A stretch of DNA of 61,200 nt. Source: a virus (lineage: Duplodnaviria; Caudoviricetes). Below the pieces are notes generated by a model. It was not told the DNA's origin. It saw only the letters and a program-made list of their open reading frames with translations, and searched no databases. Shown piece after piece: positions 23,018-33,294 of the stretch (within the stretch, counting starts at the first letter, position 1; the number at the start of each line of letters is the position of its first letter). Both the position numbers and the translations under genes were made by a program. Location: IMG/VR virus record IMGVR_UViG_3300023184_009672, positions 1 to 61,200 of that record. One strand, given 5' to 3'.

Positions 23018-25490
23018 ATGACTCACTTAATTAACGCTAACCCATTAAACTATGATGCGGTTTATCCCCAAAGCGTTGACCTTGGCGTTAATGAAGAGGC
23101 TAAGATGGAAGTAATGGAAAAGAACATAGGCAAAGAGGTTTTCTTTCAAATAGAGGATGGTTCTCAATACTATGCTACCATTTCAAGCGTTTCTAATTCT
23201 GAACACTATTGCGTTTTAATCAATACTAAAAAGCTATATAATGGTTTAGATTTCGTTTGGGAGTGGTATGTAAGGGAAGATAGGGTTAATTTTGTTGAAG
23301 ATATTTCTACTCATATATGGGATGCAGAGGGTGGAAAAAACCTTTGGCAAAACTCAGAGGTATAATTTATATGTGTACTCTATTAGGATTAGGTTTTATA
23401 GGATTGTTGATCCACTTTTTAACTAAAGTCAAGGAAGATTAAAATGAATGTTGTGCTTATATTTGTGGCTATTTTTAGTATTTTCTTTGTTATTTCAACA
23501 TATATAGAGTATAAGTAATTATGTTCCTTGTGGTAGATGAAAATAGTGAAATGCTGATTGATTTATTGAGTTCATTAGCTGGAGTATCATTATTAGTAGG
23601 AATTTTCGCTGTAAATGCTTATATATTATATACTTTAAATAGAATCAAGACCTATATTAAAAAGAGGGGCGAAAAGTAACTTTATGTCCTTGTTAGGTAT
23701 AGCTTTTGATGTAAAAGGGTGGATATTTAGACCATTTTACCTATTATTGGGATTATTGTACTTCTTACTGCTACTGAGTTTATTAGGCTCATTATATATT
23801 GTATCATTATCAAGAACTACTCTAGAGAATGTAATAAAAGACATAGAGAAGGAAAGAAATAAGTATAAAAGAAAGAAATAAATAGGTTATCTCTGAAATT
23901 TATATATACAAATAATTAATTTATAATATCATACTTATGTATAAGCTACAACACGAAGATATAGCACTATTACTAAAAAGTTACAATAATCCAATTATAT
24001 TAAAAGATGATTGGGTACTGGTAGGCCAACAAGAATACAATAAATATAAAAATAAAATAACTTTAAATTCTGCTGATTATATACTAAATAAGCAATCAAT
24101 AGTAGGAGAGAATGAATCAATAATAACTAATTCACAAGTAATAATTAACGCTGAAACTAGAAATAAGTATGTTTTAATTAAATATAATAGTAATTTTGTT
24201 GCAATTAATATAGCTGATACAGAATATAGTATGACTATTAACCATATGAAACTTATATGTGCTAGAAATATAACTAATTTAGAAGAATATAAAGAGTTGC
24301 CATCTTTTGAATACTTATTATATATATTGGGTTGGAAGATAACTAATAAGGCACTAAATAAGATAAAGAAACAAGATGATTACTTTTAAACTATTAGAAT
24401 CTTTTTTAACCTATTTGTGATTTTATATTGACAAAATAAAGTATTTAGTTTATTCTAAGATACTTGGAAGCCGTGACCCAAGGAAGCAAATAGGTTTGTG
24501 GTTAGCCTATCTCATAAAAAACCACATATACTAATACCAAATAAATAAATAATAAATAATGATAACAGACAATCAAATAAAAGCAATGAGCGAAAATGAA
24601 TTATCTTATCTTTACTATGCTTTAAATACTGAATGGAACTCTCTAAATATGGGCTATGACTTTGACTGGTATATACTAAAAGCATTTAAAAATAATACGA
24701 TACAAAAGATTTTAAATAAACATAGTGCGAACTTGACAGATGAAAATAAAGGTATTACAATAGAGATACTAAAGAAATTAGAAGCAAATATATGAATCAT
24801 ATAACAGCATTAGCAATTACTATCACAGCTTTCAGTTCGGGGCTATATGTTATTTATAAATTTATTAGAGCTAAATATGTATCATATGATACTAAACCCA
24901 TTCACTATTGGCTAGACAAACCAACTAAAATAAAGAAAAGATATAAAACTTTTAAAAAGCATAAGCTAAATAAGCGAAATAAACTAACCAAAATAACTAA
25001 AATAAGTGTTCTAAATAATAGAAGTAAAAGCCAACTATCTTATGCTAAATATGGTAAGTTAAATAGACATAGTATAAAATATTAATTGACTTCTTATAAA
25101 TAAAGGTTATACTAGATATATGAGTGAATATACTGATAAGAATTTCTCCTTAGAAGATTGGAGATTGATTCAAGATTCTATATTAGAAAATATATCATAT
25201 CTTAAGTCAGCTCAAAAGTGGGGCTATGAACAAGAGGTTGAGCGTCTAGAGGTTATGTTAAAAAGAGTTCGTCCTCATACATTAACAGAAAAGGTTTAAA
25301 TAATATGTTTTTAATTGTAACTGAAAATTTAATTGGAACTCGCGAAATAAGGATGATTGGATTAGGAATTGTTATTGGCATTATGTATTATAGTGTTAAT
25401 TATGTTTGTTCTATGTTGTATGATAATGGATGTGATATCTTTGGTAAGTTTAATAAAAAGAAAAAGAATAGTAAAAAGAAGTTGCGTTAA
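23018..25490 (+). CDS. Cluster of small, often hydrophobic, very AT-rich hypothetical ORFs
   Basis: ORFs 23018, 23684, 23937, 24559, 24792, 25305 plus shorter TM-like ORFs at 23.4-23.7 kb. Confidence 0.45.
24463..24526 (+). ncRNA. Candidate structured leader: hairpin plus H-type pseudoknot
   Basis: CTTGG/CCAAG hairpin; ATAGGT/GCCTAT stem whose loop TGTGGTT pairs with AACCACA; starts at predicted TSS of TTGACA(24428)-17-TATTCT. Confidence 0.45.
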
Positions 25491-25515
25491 TTAGAATATC
25501 GGTTATGCTCTTTAT

Positions 25516-26034
25516 ATGAGCAAAACATCTAAATCAAAAAAAATCAAGATGCCAAAGATGGATGACATCATGGCACAAATTAAAGCAGACCAACTAAAGA
25601 AAAAAGATAAAGTAAAGTATCATTCTAATCTGTTATTCGATACTCTAGCACAAACAAAAGTCTCTTCTATTGAAGTATCTTTTGAAGGTTGCGGAGACTC
25701 TGGACAAATCGAAGCAGTAGATTATACAGACGCTAATAGCAAGCGCATAGACGAAGCATATCTTAATAAGATTATTGTTAAGGGTTCAGAGAAAACATCC
25801 TATCACCAATGGGACGAAAAGAAAAAAATGCTGGTCAAGACAGAGCCAAGAGAAGGAAATATTAGAGAGATCGTTGAAGAGATATGCTATGATAAGTTAG
25901 GTGCAAGCCACGGCGGTTGGGAAATCAACGAAGGTAGCTACGGAACATTCCTCTTTGATGTTGCGGCTCGCAAGGTGAGTCTGGAATACAATCAGAGGAT
26001 AGAGGAGGTTCGGACTAGTGAGGAGAGTTTCTAA
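25516..26034 (+). CDS. DUF6878-like protein
   Basis: VSFEGCGDSGQIE...GWEINEGSYG; leaderless promoter. Confidence 0.65.
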   Translation: MSKTSKSKKIKMPKMDDIMAQIKADQLKKKDKVKYHSNLLFDTLAQTKVSSIEVSFEGCGDSGQIEAVDYTDANSKRIDEAYLNKIIVKGSEKTSYHQWDEKKKMLVKTEPREGNIREIVEEICYDKLGASHGGWEINEGSYGTFLFDVAARKVSLEYNQRIEEVRTSEESF

Positions 26035-26384
26035 TGGCTAATCCATATCACCATTCATTATCGTCAGCAAAGAAGTGGGGTGGTTCAGCAGAAGATTACC
26101 AGAAGATTCACGATTGGTTTGATGAGAGTAAGATGATGATGGCAGACTTTCGCCATCGTGCCTTACGACATCACGCCGAAGGTATCTTTATGTGTGAGAG
26201 GATATTTGGTAACACCATCACACTATCTAATGGTAAAAAGATTCCTACTAGATGGGTTGGCGAACAGCACATAGCAGAGGACTTGGGATTCATTCCATCT
26301 ATGCAAGATTGGCTTAAACATATTATGCCAGAACCTTGGATGGGCAAGACCAAGAAACTTGACATTGAGAAACAATTAGCGTAA
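26034..26384 (+). CDS. DUF6915-like His-rich protein
   Basis: MANPYHHSLSSAKKWGG...IHDWFDESK...RHRALRHH...EQHIAEDLG. Confidence 0.7.
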   Translation: MANPYHHSLSSAKKWGGSAEDYQKIHDWFDESKMMMADFRHRALRHHAEGIFMCERIFGNTITLSNGKKIPTRWVGEQHIAEDLGFIPSMQDWLKHIMPEPWMGKTKKLDIEKQLA

Positions 26385-26780
26385 GGTAACACTATGAAAA
26401 AAATCCTTATCTTAATATTAAGTTTATTTATTATAACCCCAGTGTATGCTCATAAAAAAACATATACTAATAAACAAAACAAGTTCTTTCATGGTGGTGG
26501 CTTAAAAAAGAAGAAGCATAAAAATTAGTTTGGTCATCGGTTGTTGCTTCCGTTAATAGCAAATCGTTTGGAAGTACCGAATAACTTCCACTATTTTTAT
26601 TTTTTTGTTCTACAATCTGTTGTATTTGATGTATAATAGAGCATATGAGCAAGAAACAAATGGAGAAAGAACTAAACTATGGTGATTGTAATAATCTTTT
26701 CTGTTTTTGTAGTAGTATTCTTAAAGAAGTTATGGGAATAAAAGTTGACAAGAAAGAGAATTCAAAGTAATATAGTAATA

Positions 26781-26965
26781 GTAGAAGGCACACTCTTATT
26801 GCTAGAGAGTGCAAAGAAAGTTCGGTAGGGTTGATCTCCTAAAGAACTTTAGTTCCTTCTACGAAACTTTCGCACCTCGATCAAGGGTTGGCTGTAGTAG
26901 ATATTGCGAAATAATTCTACTACCATAAACCTCTTGAGCGTTTGTTGGTATCGCTGAAACCAATA
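26781..26965 (+). ncRNA. Candidate structured non-coding RNA
   Basis: Nested stems GTAGAAGG/CCTTCTAC, CACTCT/AGAGTG, AAAGTTC/GAACTTT, GTAGTAG/CTACTAC, TTGGT/ACCAA right after promoter TTGACA(26745)-17-TAATAT; no ORF. Confidence 0.55.
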
Positions 26966-27007
26966 TTCTTTTCTTTACTTATTTTTAATTTAGGTTATAT
27001 TTAATAA

Positions 27008-28208
27008 ATGAACAGCACATATAAATACATCTCAGATTATGTAAGTAAACCCACACAGTTTTGTTATTTATTAGATTATGTTACTAATGAAAATTCTTAT
27101 TTGTTTGATGTCGATGGAAATAACAAAGATGTAAAGAAGAAGGTGTGGATTGCTAAACAAATCTATCCACATGTCAGTCCTCCTCAAACTACTTATTTCA
27201 GAACACTCAAAGAAGCAAAAGCCGCATTAAAGAGATGGGATGCGAAGTGGGAAAGAGTTTGACTAAATAATAATCTAAGTTATATTTAACTTATGACTAA
27301 AACATTCAAGATAGGTGAGTATGCAGTAGGAGGAACGATCAGAGTATCTATTCCTAAAACATTAACTACTATTAAGATAGATGTTATTGATAGTAATTTC
27401 AAGACTAAGAAGTTACTTAATCAGTATATTTATTATAGCTTTGATAGAAATAGAATAGACCGAGACTTATTTCAAATAACAAGTAGCTATTGGACTGATA
27501 AGATATTAGAGTATATATCTAAAACTATGAAGCAATCAGGTGAGTGGATAGGAAACTATCACAATCCTCGTCTCTTCTTAGATAGAGCAATTTAGTTTGA
27601 CAATAAATAAAAAAGGAGTATATTAAAAGTATGAACCCAACAGAACCAATCACAAAAAAATTCACAATCAAGATGCAACGCAACCAAATCGCCGAGGTGG
27701 ACATCGAGGTGGAGGCCACATCAGAGGAAGAAGCCTCGGATAAAGCCTTGGAACTCGCAGAGAATTGCTCCGATGGTAATGGCTTTATGCTCGACTGGGA
27801 TGAGGTTGATTACAACTTTGAAGTTGTAGAGATCGAACCCGAAGAGGAAGATGAAGATGAAGCAAGCTGAAGCTATTTGCAAAGAAATCCATGATAGGAT
27901 TGTAGAATATAAAGGTCTGCAAGTGGAACACAACAATGATCAAAAAGCTATGGATGAATTAGAGAGTGCAATTATTGAACTTCAATCTGTATTAGAGTGG
28001 GCAAATGAATAGCTTTGAACTTTGGAAGAATGAGGATATGGGAATGCCAGAAGCAGTAATAAATACAGACTCATATACCGACGCATTAGAGAAGGTATTA
28101 CATAACTTAGGTTATTATATTATAGCTCAAAAGAAACCTGTGATATCATTTGATGAATTATTATTTGTTAGAAGTGAAATAGCTGCTCGCCTTGGGCGGG
28201 GTAGATAA
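27008..28208 (+). CDS. Small hypothetical ORFs (27008, 27293, 27631, 28005), mostly with own promoter
   Basis: TTGAC promoters at 27259 and 27597; 27631 ORF has acidic IEVEATSEEEA motif. Confidence 0.6.
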
Positions 28209-28213
28209 AGACC

Positions 28214-28291
28214 ACGAAACTCTTCCATATTCAGCCAGACTTACATATGGATACGAAACTCTTCCATATATCCTCCAGCCTTACATATGGA
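28214..28291. repeat. Tandem duplication of a 38-39 bp unit with internal TCCATAT/ATATGGA inverted repeat
   Basis: acgaaactcttccatat...ttacatatgga at 28214 and 28253. Confidence 0.8.
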
Positions 28292-28861
28292 CTGTTTAGA
28301 TATCCCAATCGGGAAATATTAGCTTAAATAATCTAATTATAGTTAAATAAATACTGATCGGGAATGAACTGTCAAGGATCTCTTGATAGTTGTGCGGCGA
28401 ATAAATATGCTATTCACCGCATTTGTCCATGAAATAAGGTCTAATCCCATATAATTCGATGGTATTAAAAGACTCCACAAAACATTGCGCTTTATGATAT
28501 GATATGATCTGTCATAATATGCCAGTTGAGTACTTAAGGATTTCTTAATAGCTAAATAAGAAAAGATTAAATAACAAATAGTACCAGAATAAATACCCAT
28601 ATATGCCAGATTAAACCTTTAATAAGAAAAGCCGTTATTAAAGTTTAGTTATCATTTTCGTGAGGTCACGAATATGATCGGTTGACTTATGCTTGACTAA
28701 CCCCTCATGATTCTGGAAACGGATTCCAAAAACGGCAGGGGTCAAACATGTATATAAAACCAGTAAATAGTAACATGAACTATAAGACATGTATACAAAA
28801 CAAAGAAATTGAGACATGAGTTATATATTGACATAATTTTAATTTATTGTATTATCAGATT

Positions 28862-29314
28862 ATGAAGTTAATTAATAGAACATTCCTATGCTCTGAGAAA
28901 CTAAAAGAAATTATTAAATGGTGCATGCCAGAAGGAGTATTCCTTAAAGATATCCGAAAGATAGATTTTGGCAATACTAAAAGGGGTTGGCATGGCAGAG
29001 CATGGGGAAGTATGAGAGTGCATGTGGGAGTTCCAGAATATAAAAAGTATGTTAGAGTATACAAGAGTGGTGGATTCAGAGGCTATTTAAGTATACATAC
29101 ATATAGCTGGGAAGAATCATTAATTGAATTAATATCACATGAATTAAGACACCTATATCAATTTAAAAAAGGTAAGTTTTATCATGGTATTAAAAAGATA
29201 AGAAAATATAATATTGGCACTAAAGCTAAATTATGTGAAGTAGATGCTAGTTTATATGCTAAGAGGAAAGTAAGAGAGTATAGAAAGAGTAAGTTGAATT
29301 ATATTATTAATTGA
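28862..29314 (+). CDS. HExxH zinc metallopeptidase-like protein
   Basis: ELISHELRHLYQ...EVDA; leaderless promoter TTGACA(28828). Confidence 0.65.
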   Translation: MKLINRTFLCSEKLKEIIKWCMPEGVFLKDIRKIDFGNTKRGWHGRAWGSMRVHVGVPEYKKYVRVYKSGGFRGYLSIHTYSWEESLIELISHELRHLYQFKKGKFYHGIKKIRKYNIGTKAKLCEVDASLYAKRKVREYRKSKLNYIIN

Positions 29315-29319
29315 TGGTT

Positions 29320-29394
29320 GTAAATTATTGAGTATTAAGGAGTTACATACGCGGCCTCCCTCGCGCCGCAAGTCGTTGATGGTCAAGGTGTTAT
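29320..29394 (+). repeat. 75-bp element A, copy 1
   Basis: 27+21+27 bp; core CCTCCCTCGC. Confidence 0.85.
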
Positions 29395-29499
29395 AGATGA
29401 GAATATATTTTTACGATTTCCTATAAAGCATTAGCAGGTAGTATCTTATGATAGTAAAAAAGTTCTTGTCACAGATTAAAAGTGTGGTATGATTACTAT

Positions 29500-30354
29500 A
29501 TGGCAAGAACAACTAAACCAAGCTCAAGTGAATATGATTTTGATATTCATCAAGAGCCACTCCTCACAACAGACGGCAAGAGGACAGGATACTTCGGAAT
29601 GGTGCGCCGTGACACCGCCGAACCCATAACACTCGGAGTTTGCACCGAGCAGTATGGTGTGGTGAAGAATGCAGACATGATCAGCATGGTGGAAGAATCG
29701 CTCACTAATCAAGGGCTTGGCGAGTATACTCGCAAGGCTATTGTGGTGCGTGATGGTGCTCGCTTTTATGCGAGCTATGACTTCCCTGAGTTCAAGACTG
29801 AGCTCAAGCCAGTTGGTAAGCGAGCAAAGGGTGATATCCTTGGTCTGCGCCTCACAGCTAACAACAGCTATGATCGCAGTTGCAGGGTATCGTTCTCGCT
29901 TGGGTTCATTCGTTTGGTTTGCACAAACGGAATGACCTCACTATCGAAGGAGTTCGGATTCACTAAGCGTCACACGCTTGCGGTGAATCTTGACTTCGTT
30001 GGTGACGCATTGAAGAATGCTCTCGCCAATGTCGATAAGAGCGCAAATGTGTTCAATCGTCTTGCTGAAAAGGCGATCACTGATGAGCAGGGTTTGACCT
30101 TGCTCACCAAGCTCGAAGAGAAGGATTACATCTCTGGCAAGGTGCGTGAAGGCATCGAAGCAGTTTGGCGTAATCCGTCCTACGAGTTGGACACTGATCG
30201 CAACTTGTACAACCTCTACAATGCCACTACGCAGTTCCTAACTCGTAATGTCGCTGAAGAGCGTTATGAGTATAGCGAGAGGGTTAGCCGTGACTTGCTG
30301 AAGGTATTCAGCGGAGCCACTCGTGACGAAGACTTGCTCAAGCTAGTCTCCTAA
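29500..30354 (+). CDS. DUF932 family protein
   Basis: Y.VVKN, NSYD, GFIRLVCTNGM, KRHT, LYNLYNATTQ; GC-richer than flanks; leaderless promoter. Confidence 0.85.
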   Translation: MARTTKPSSSEYDFDIHQEPLLTTDGKRTGYFGMVRRDTAEPITLGVCTEQYGVVKNADMISMVEESLTNQGLGEYTRKAIVVRDGARFYASYDFPEFKTELKPVGKRAKGDILGLRLTANNSYDRSCRVSFSLGFIRLVCTNGMTSLSKEFGFTKRHTLAVNLDFVGDALKNALANVDKSANVFNRLAEKAITDEQGLTLLTKLEEKDYISGKVREGIEAVWRNPSYELDTDRNLYNLYNATTQFLTRNVAEERYEYSERVSRDLLKVFSGATRDEDLLKLVS

Positions 30355-30373
30355 ACTAAAACGAAACTTTAAC

Positions 30374-30407
30374 AGAGTGCGAGGGTTAATCCCCTCGCAT
30401 TCTTTTT
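30374..30407 (+). terminator. Intrinsic terminator
   Basis: AGAGTGCGAGGG/CCCTCGCATTCT stem plus T tract. Confidence 0.85.
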
Positions 30408-30425
30408 GTCTAAATCTAATGAATT

Positions 30426-30500
30426 ATAAGTCCTTAACTATCAACGAGTTGCGTCGGCAGGGAGGTTGCGTTTGCAAGTCCTTGATATACAATGAGATAT
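30426..30500 (-). repeat. 75-bp element A, copy 2
   Basis: Core GCAGGGAGG on +; perfect WATCAANNNNTTR at 30439. Confidence 0.9.
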
Positions 30501-30539
30501 ATCGCTTGACTTTTTATTCTATTATGTTATAGTTATGAG

Positions 30540-30881
30540 ATGAAAGCAAAACATAAAGTATATTATAATCTACATAAAAAATGTTTGTCTATTATGCTTC
30601 GTGGAAAAGTATTAGAGCATAGCACAGAATTCTTTTTGAAAGATGTAGAATTTAGAGTGAGTCAAGCAGGGCGTTCCAGGGTTTTAAAAGAGCAAAGAAA
30701 GAATGTTCACGCTTTTGTATGTGGTACTCCAGATGATGGTTGGCCAGTAGATCAAGTAGAAAGAAAAGTTACCTATAATCCTTATAAGTATAATAGCTTT
30801 GTTTATGCTGATAACCTTGAGCCAGTATACAAAGCAAAGTGGGTTGGAGTAATTAATCGTGATATATTTGTCTTGAATTAA
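30540..30881 (+). CDS. Conserved phage hypothetical protein
   Basis: VYYNLHK...FRVSQAGR.RVLKE.RKNVHAFV...YNPYK. Confidence 0.75.
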   Translation: MKAKHKVYYNLHKKCLSIMLRGKVLEHSTEFFLKDVEFRVSQAGRSRVLKEQRKNVHAFVCGTPDDGWPVDQVERKVTYNPYKYNSFVYADNLEPVYKAKWVGVINRDIFVLN

Positions 30882-31051
30882 AAAGAAAGTATAGTATAAT
30901 CTTTAAATGGAAAAGATAACTAAAATCAAAAAACTCGCTGAAGGTGGCTATGCTATTTATAGCGTAGACCCCAAAACTAAAAGTGAAATGCAAGTTGGTT
31001 ATATTGGAGACAAACTCGACATCAAGGGTTGGCTTCCAGAAGGAGTAAAAA

Positions 31052-31703
31052 TTGAAAATTCTTGAAGATAATTTTAACAGCAAAGGATTTAATCTTTCCT
31101 TGCTCAAGCGAGAAGGAGATGTTGCAATCTATAAAAAGACATTAGAAGATTCTGAGTCAGGCGAAAGCAACTTTGAAGTAATCGCAATTAAGCGTCACAA
31201 TGGTTATGAGATTGCAGGAATCAAAATGCCTCCAGCAGAGATGTATCCTTCCAACACTCAATGGGGAGATTGGGCTTATACTTGTACTAGCAGAGAAGAT
31301 GCAGACAAGCGTTTCATTCAACTCACAGACAAACTAACAAACTACACCGCAACTTCTGTTCTAGCTAGTGGCGAGAAGCGTAAGCGTGGTCGTCCTCGGA
31401 AGAGCAATATTCTTCCAGCACCTCCAGCAGAAATTCACTTGACAGAAAATCAAATGGAGGTAGTATAAGGTTATGACATACAAATGTTCAGTAAGCGGTG
31501 AAGCAATTTCACCAGAGAGAGTCGAGGCTCTGAAAGTCCTTGGCGTTCCAGAAAGTAAATGGACAAACATCAAACATAGTCAAGTAAAGAAACTTAGGGG
31601 AGTATATGCTGGTGACGATGGCAGTAATGATATTGTTATCTGTGACGCAGTAGATGGTGGCTCATTATTTGACAATTCAGTTGTAGTCGAGGAGGTAGAA
31701 TGA
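31052..31703 (+). CDS. Two hypothetical ORFs (31052 with AT-hook-like KRGRPRK; 31473 with degenerate DksA-type finger motif)
   Basis: KRKRGRPRK; C..SGEAISPERVEAL. Confidence 0.55.
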
Positions 31704-31893
31704 AAGATAAATTTTATTCAGTTTATAGAGTAGATCATCGTGGAGACACAAATCCTTATGTTCGTGTGAGTGAATTCACTTACAAGAATGAAAATGATAG
31801 CTCAAAGGAAATTGCTTATTGGCAAGAAATCCTAAAGCGTTTCCCAGATGGTACAAAAGTTATCGTTAAGTAACTTCGGAGGCTGACACTAAT

Positions 31894-31984
31894 GCTAGAG
31901 TCGTCTAACTGGTTAAGACCCACGACTTATATTCGTGAAGCTCTAGATTTGAGCGCAATGTAGGTTCGAATCCTACCTCTAGTA
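31894..31984 (+). tRNA. tRNA with TAT anticodon (Ile) and long variable arm
   Basis: GCTAGAG/CTCTAGT acceptor, CACGA-CTTATAT-TCGTG anticodon arm, GCTC/GAGC variable arm, GTAGGTTCGAATCCTAC. Confidence 0.8.
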
Positions 31985-32008
31985 AGTTACTGATAGTCAA
32001 CGAGATTC
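31982..32008. repeat. Half copy of element A (single 27-bp quasi-palindrome)
   Basis: gtaagttactgatagtcaacgagatt overlapping the tRNA 3' end and preceding TTGACA(32014). Confidence 0.7.
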
Positions 32009-32047
32009 TTTTATTGACAAAAACTCAAGTTGTGGTATTCTTACATT

Positions 32048-32254
32048 ATGACAAAACAAAAAGCACCATTCTATGTGATGAATGTGTTCGGCCAAGACCG
32101 AGCCGTTATCCTAAACTCAGCAATCCGTATGTGTACGCCCAAGGAAACCTGCTCACTCAAAGACTTGGAGAATTATTCCAAGGCTTTTGCAGTAGAGTTT
32201 TTCCAAGTGCCGAAACCTTCTAGCTTTCCTTCTAAAGTGGGGCAAGTAGTTTAA
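32048..32254 (+). CDS. Hypothetical protein
   Basis: Leaderless promoter TTGACA(32014)-16-TATTCT. Confidence 0.55.
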   Translation: MTKQKAPFYVMNVFGQDRAVILNSAIRMCTPKETCSLKDLENYSKAFAVEFFQVPKPSSFPSKVGQVV

Positions 32255-32311
32255 AGGTGAAACAGAGAACTCATAATTCTCCTAGTGCTGGTTCGAGTCC
32301 AGCCTTGCCCA
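32240..32311 (+). tRNA. tRNA-CAT (elongator Met or Ile2)
   Basis: GGGCAAG/CTTGCCC acceptor, GAGAA-CTCATAA-TTCTC; lacks the initiator GGG/CCC anticodon stem. Confidence 0.85.
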
Positions 32312-32428
32312 CTCTGCTTACTTCTCCGTGTGCTGAATGGATGCTTAACTCTTATAGCAAACACGCAGAATTAACAGAACAAGACATCAAAGACTACTTT
32401 ACCAACAAAGAAAGGCTTGCACTAAAAA

Positions 32429-32500
32429 GGGTCGTTAACTCAATGGTAGAGTAGTTCCCTTTTAAGGAATTTGTTATAGGTTCAAGTCCTATACGACCCA
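32429..32500 (+). tRNA. tRNA-Lys(TTT)
   Basis: GGGTCGT/ACGACCC; GTTCC-CTTTTAA-GGAAT. Confidence 0.9.
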
Positions 32501-32543
32501 AAACAACTCTTGACAAACAACAAAGAAAGTATAATATAAAACT

Positions 32544-32930
32544 ATGACATTAATCAAACAAAATCTTGGAGCACAATGGGTTATTGGTATCAAAGGCAAA
32601 CCAGATAAAATTAAACAATATCACAACCGCATATATAATTGGGGTGGAACAAATGGTAATCTTAAATGGATGAGTAATAACTTTGCTTATTTTTGGATTA
32701 CAATGGAGAAACTAGAACGAGTTATGTTTAAGTATATGTCCAGCGGAATGACAAACAAACTTGGTAAAAGGTTTAGAGGTTCAAAGAGTGGATTCAAGAA
32801 TGTTATTCTTAACAGAGTTAAAAATACTATTAACAACATTAAAGTAGAAAACTTTTTAAGAACAGCACAAGAGCAAGACTTCTATTCTCTTGGCACAATC
32901 TCTGCTGAAAAATTAGATACGGATAGTTAA
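32544..32930 (+). CDS. Hypothetical protein, paralog of 41734-42153
   Basis: HNRIYNWGGTNG and FLRT...GTISAEK shared. Confidence 0.7.
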   Translation: MTLIKQNLGAQWVIGIKGKPDKIKQYHNRIYNWGGTNGNLKWMSNNFAYFWITMEKLERVMFKYMSSGMTNKLGKRFRGSKSGFKNVILNRVKNTINNIKVENFLRTAQEQDFYSLGTISAEKLDTDS

Positions 32931-32936
32931 TCTATT

Positions 32937-33009
32937 CGCCTAGTAGCCCAATGGCAGAGGCAAACGACTTAAAATCGTTCAAGTGTCAGTTCGAGTCTGA
33001 CTTAGGCGA
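32937..33009 (+). tRNA. tRNA-Leu(TAA), short variable loop
   Basis: CGCCTAG/TTAGGCG; AACGA-CTTAAAA-TCGTT; 5-nt variable loop. Confidence 0.85.
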
Positions 33010-33018
33010 AGTTTTATT

Positions 33019-33092
33019 GTTCCTATAACTCAATTGGATAGAGTAACAGATTTCTAATCTGTAAGTTGCAGGTTCGATCCCTGCTAGGAGCA
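33019..33092 (+). tRNA. tRNA-Arg(TCT)
   Basis: GTTCCTA/TAGGAGC; ACAGA-TTTCTAA-TCTGT. Confidence 0.9.
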
Positions 33093-33294
33093 AGTTTTAC
33101 GAATTATTTTCTCTAAATAATAATTAAGATGTAAGCCAGTATGTGAATAAGTTTTTTGTTAAATACTTTCCAGAATTTTTAATTTTAAGTATCATATTAG
33201 TAATTAGCTCAAGCGCAATAGAATCATTAATCAAAATAGTGATTGCACACATTAAATAATTTAGATAAACGCCAGTTATACATTATCATATATA

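Noticed and set aside
32257-32454. ORFs overlapping tRNAs (also 40006-40215)
   Set aside because: Translations run through tRNA arms; the tRNA fold explains the sequence
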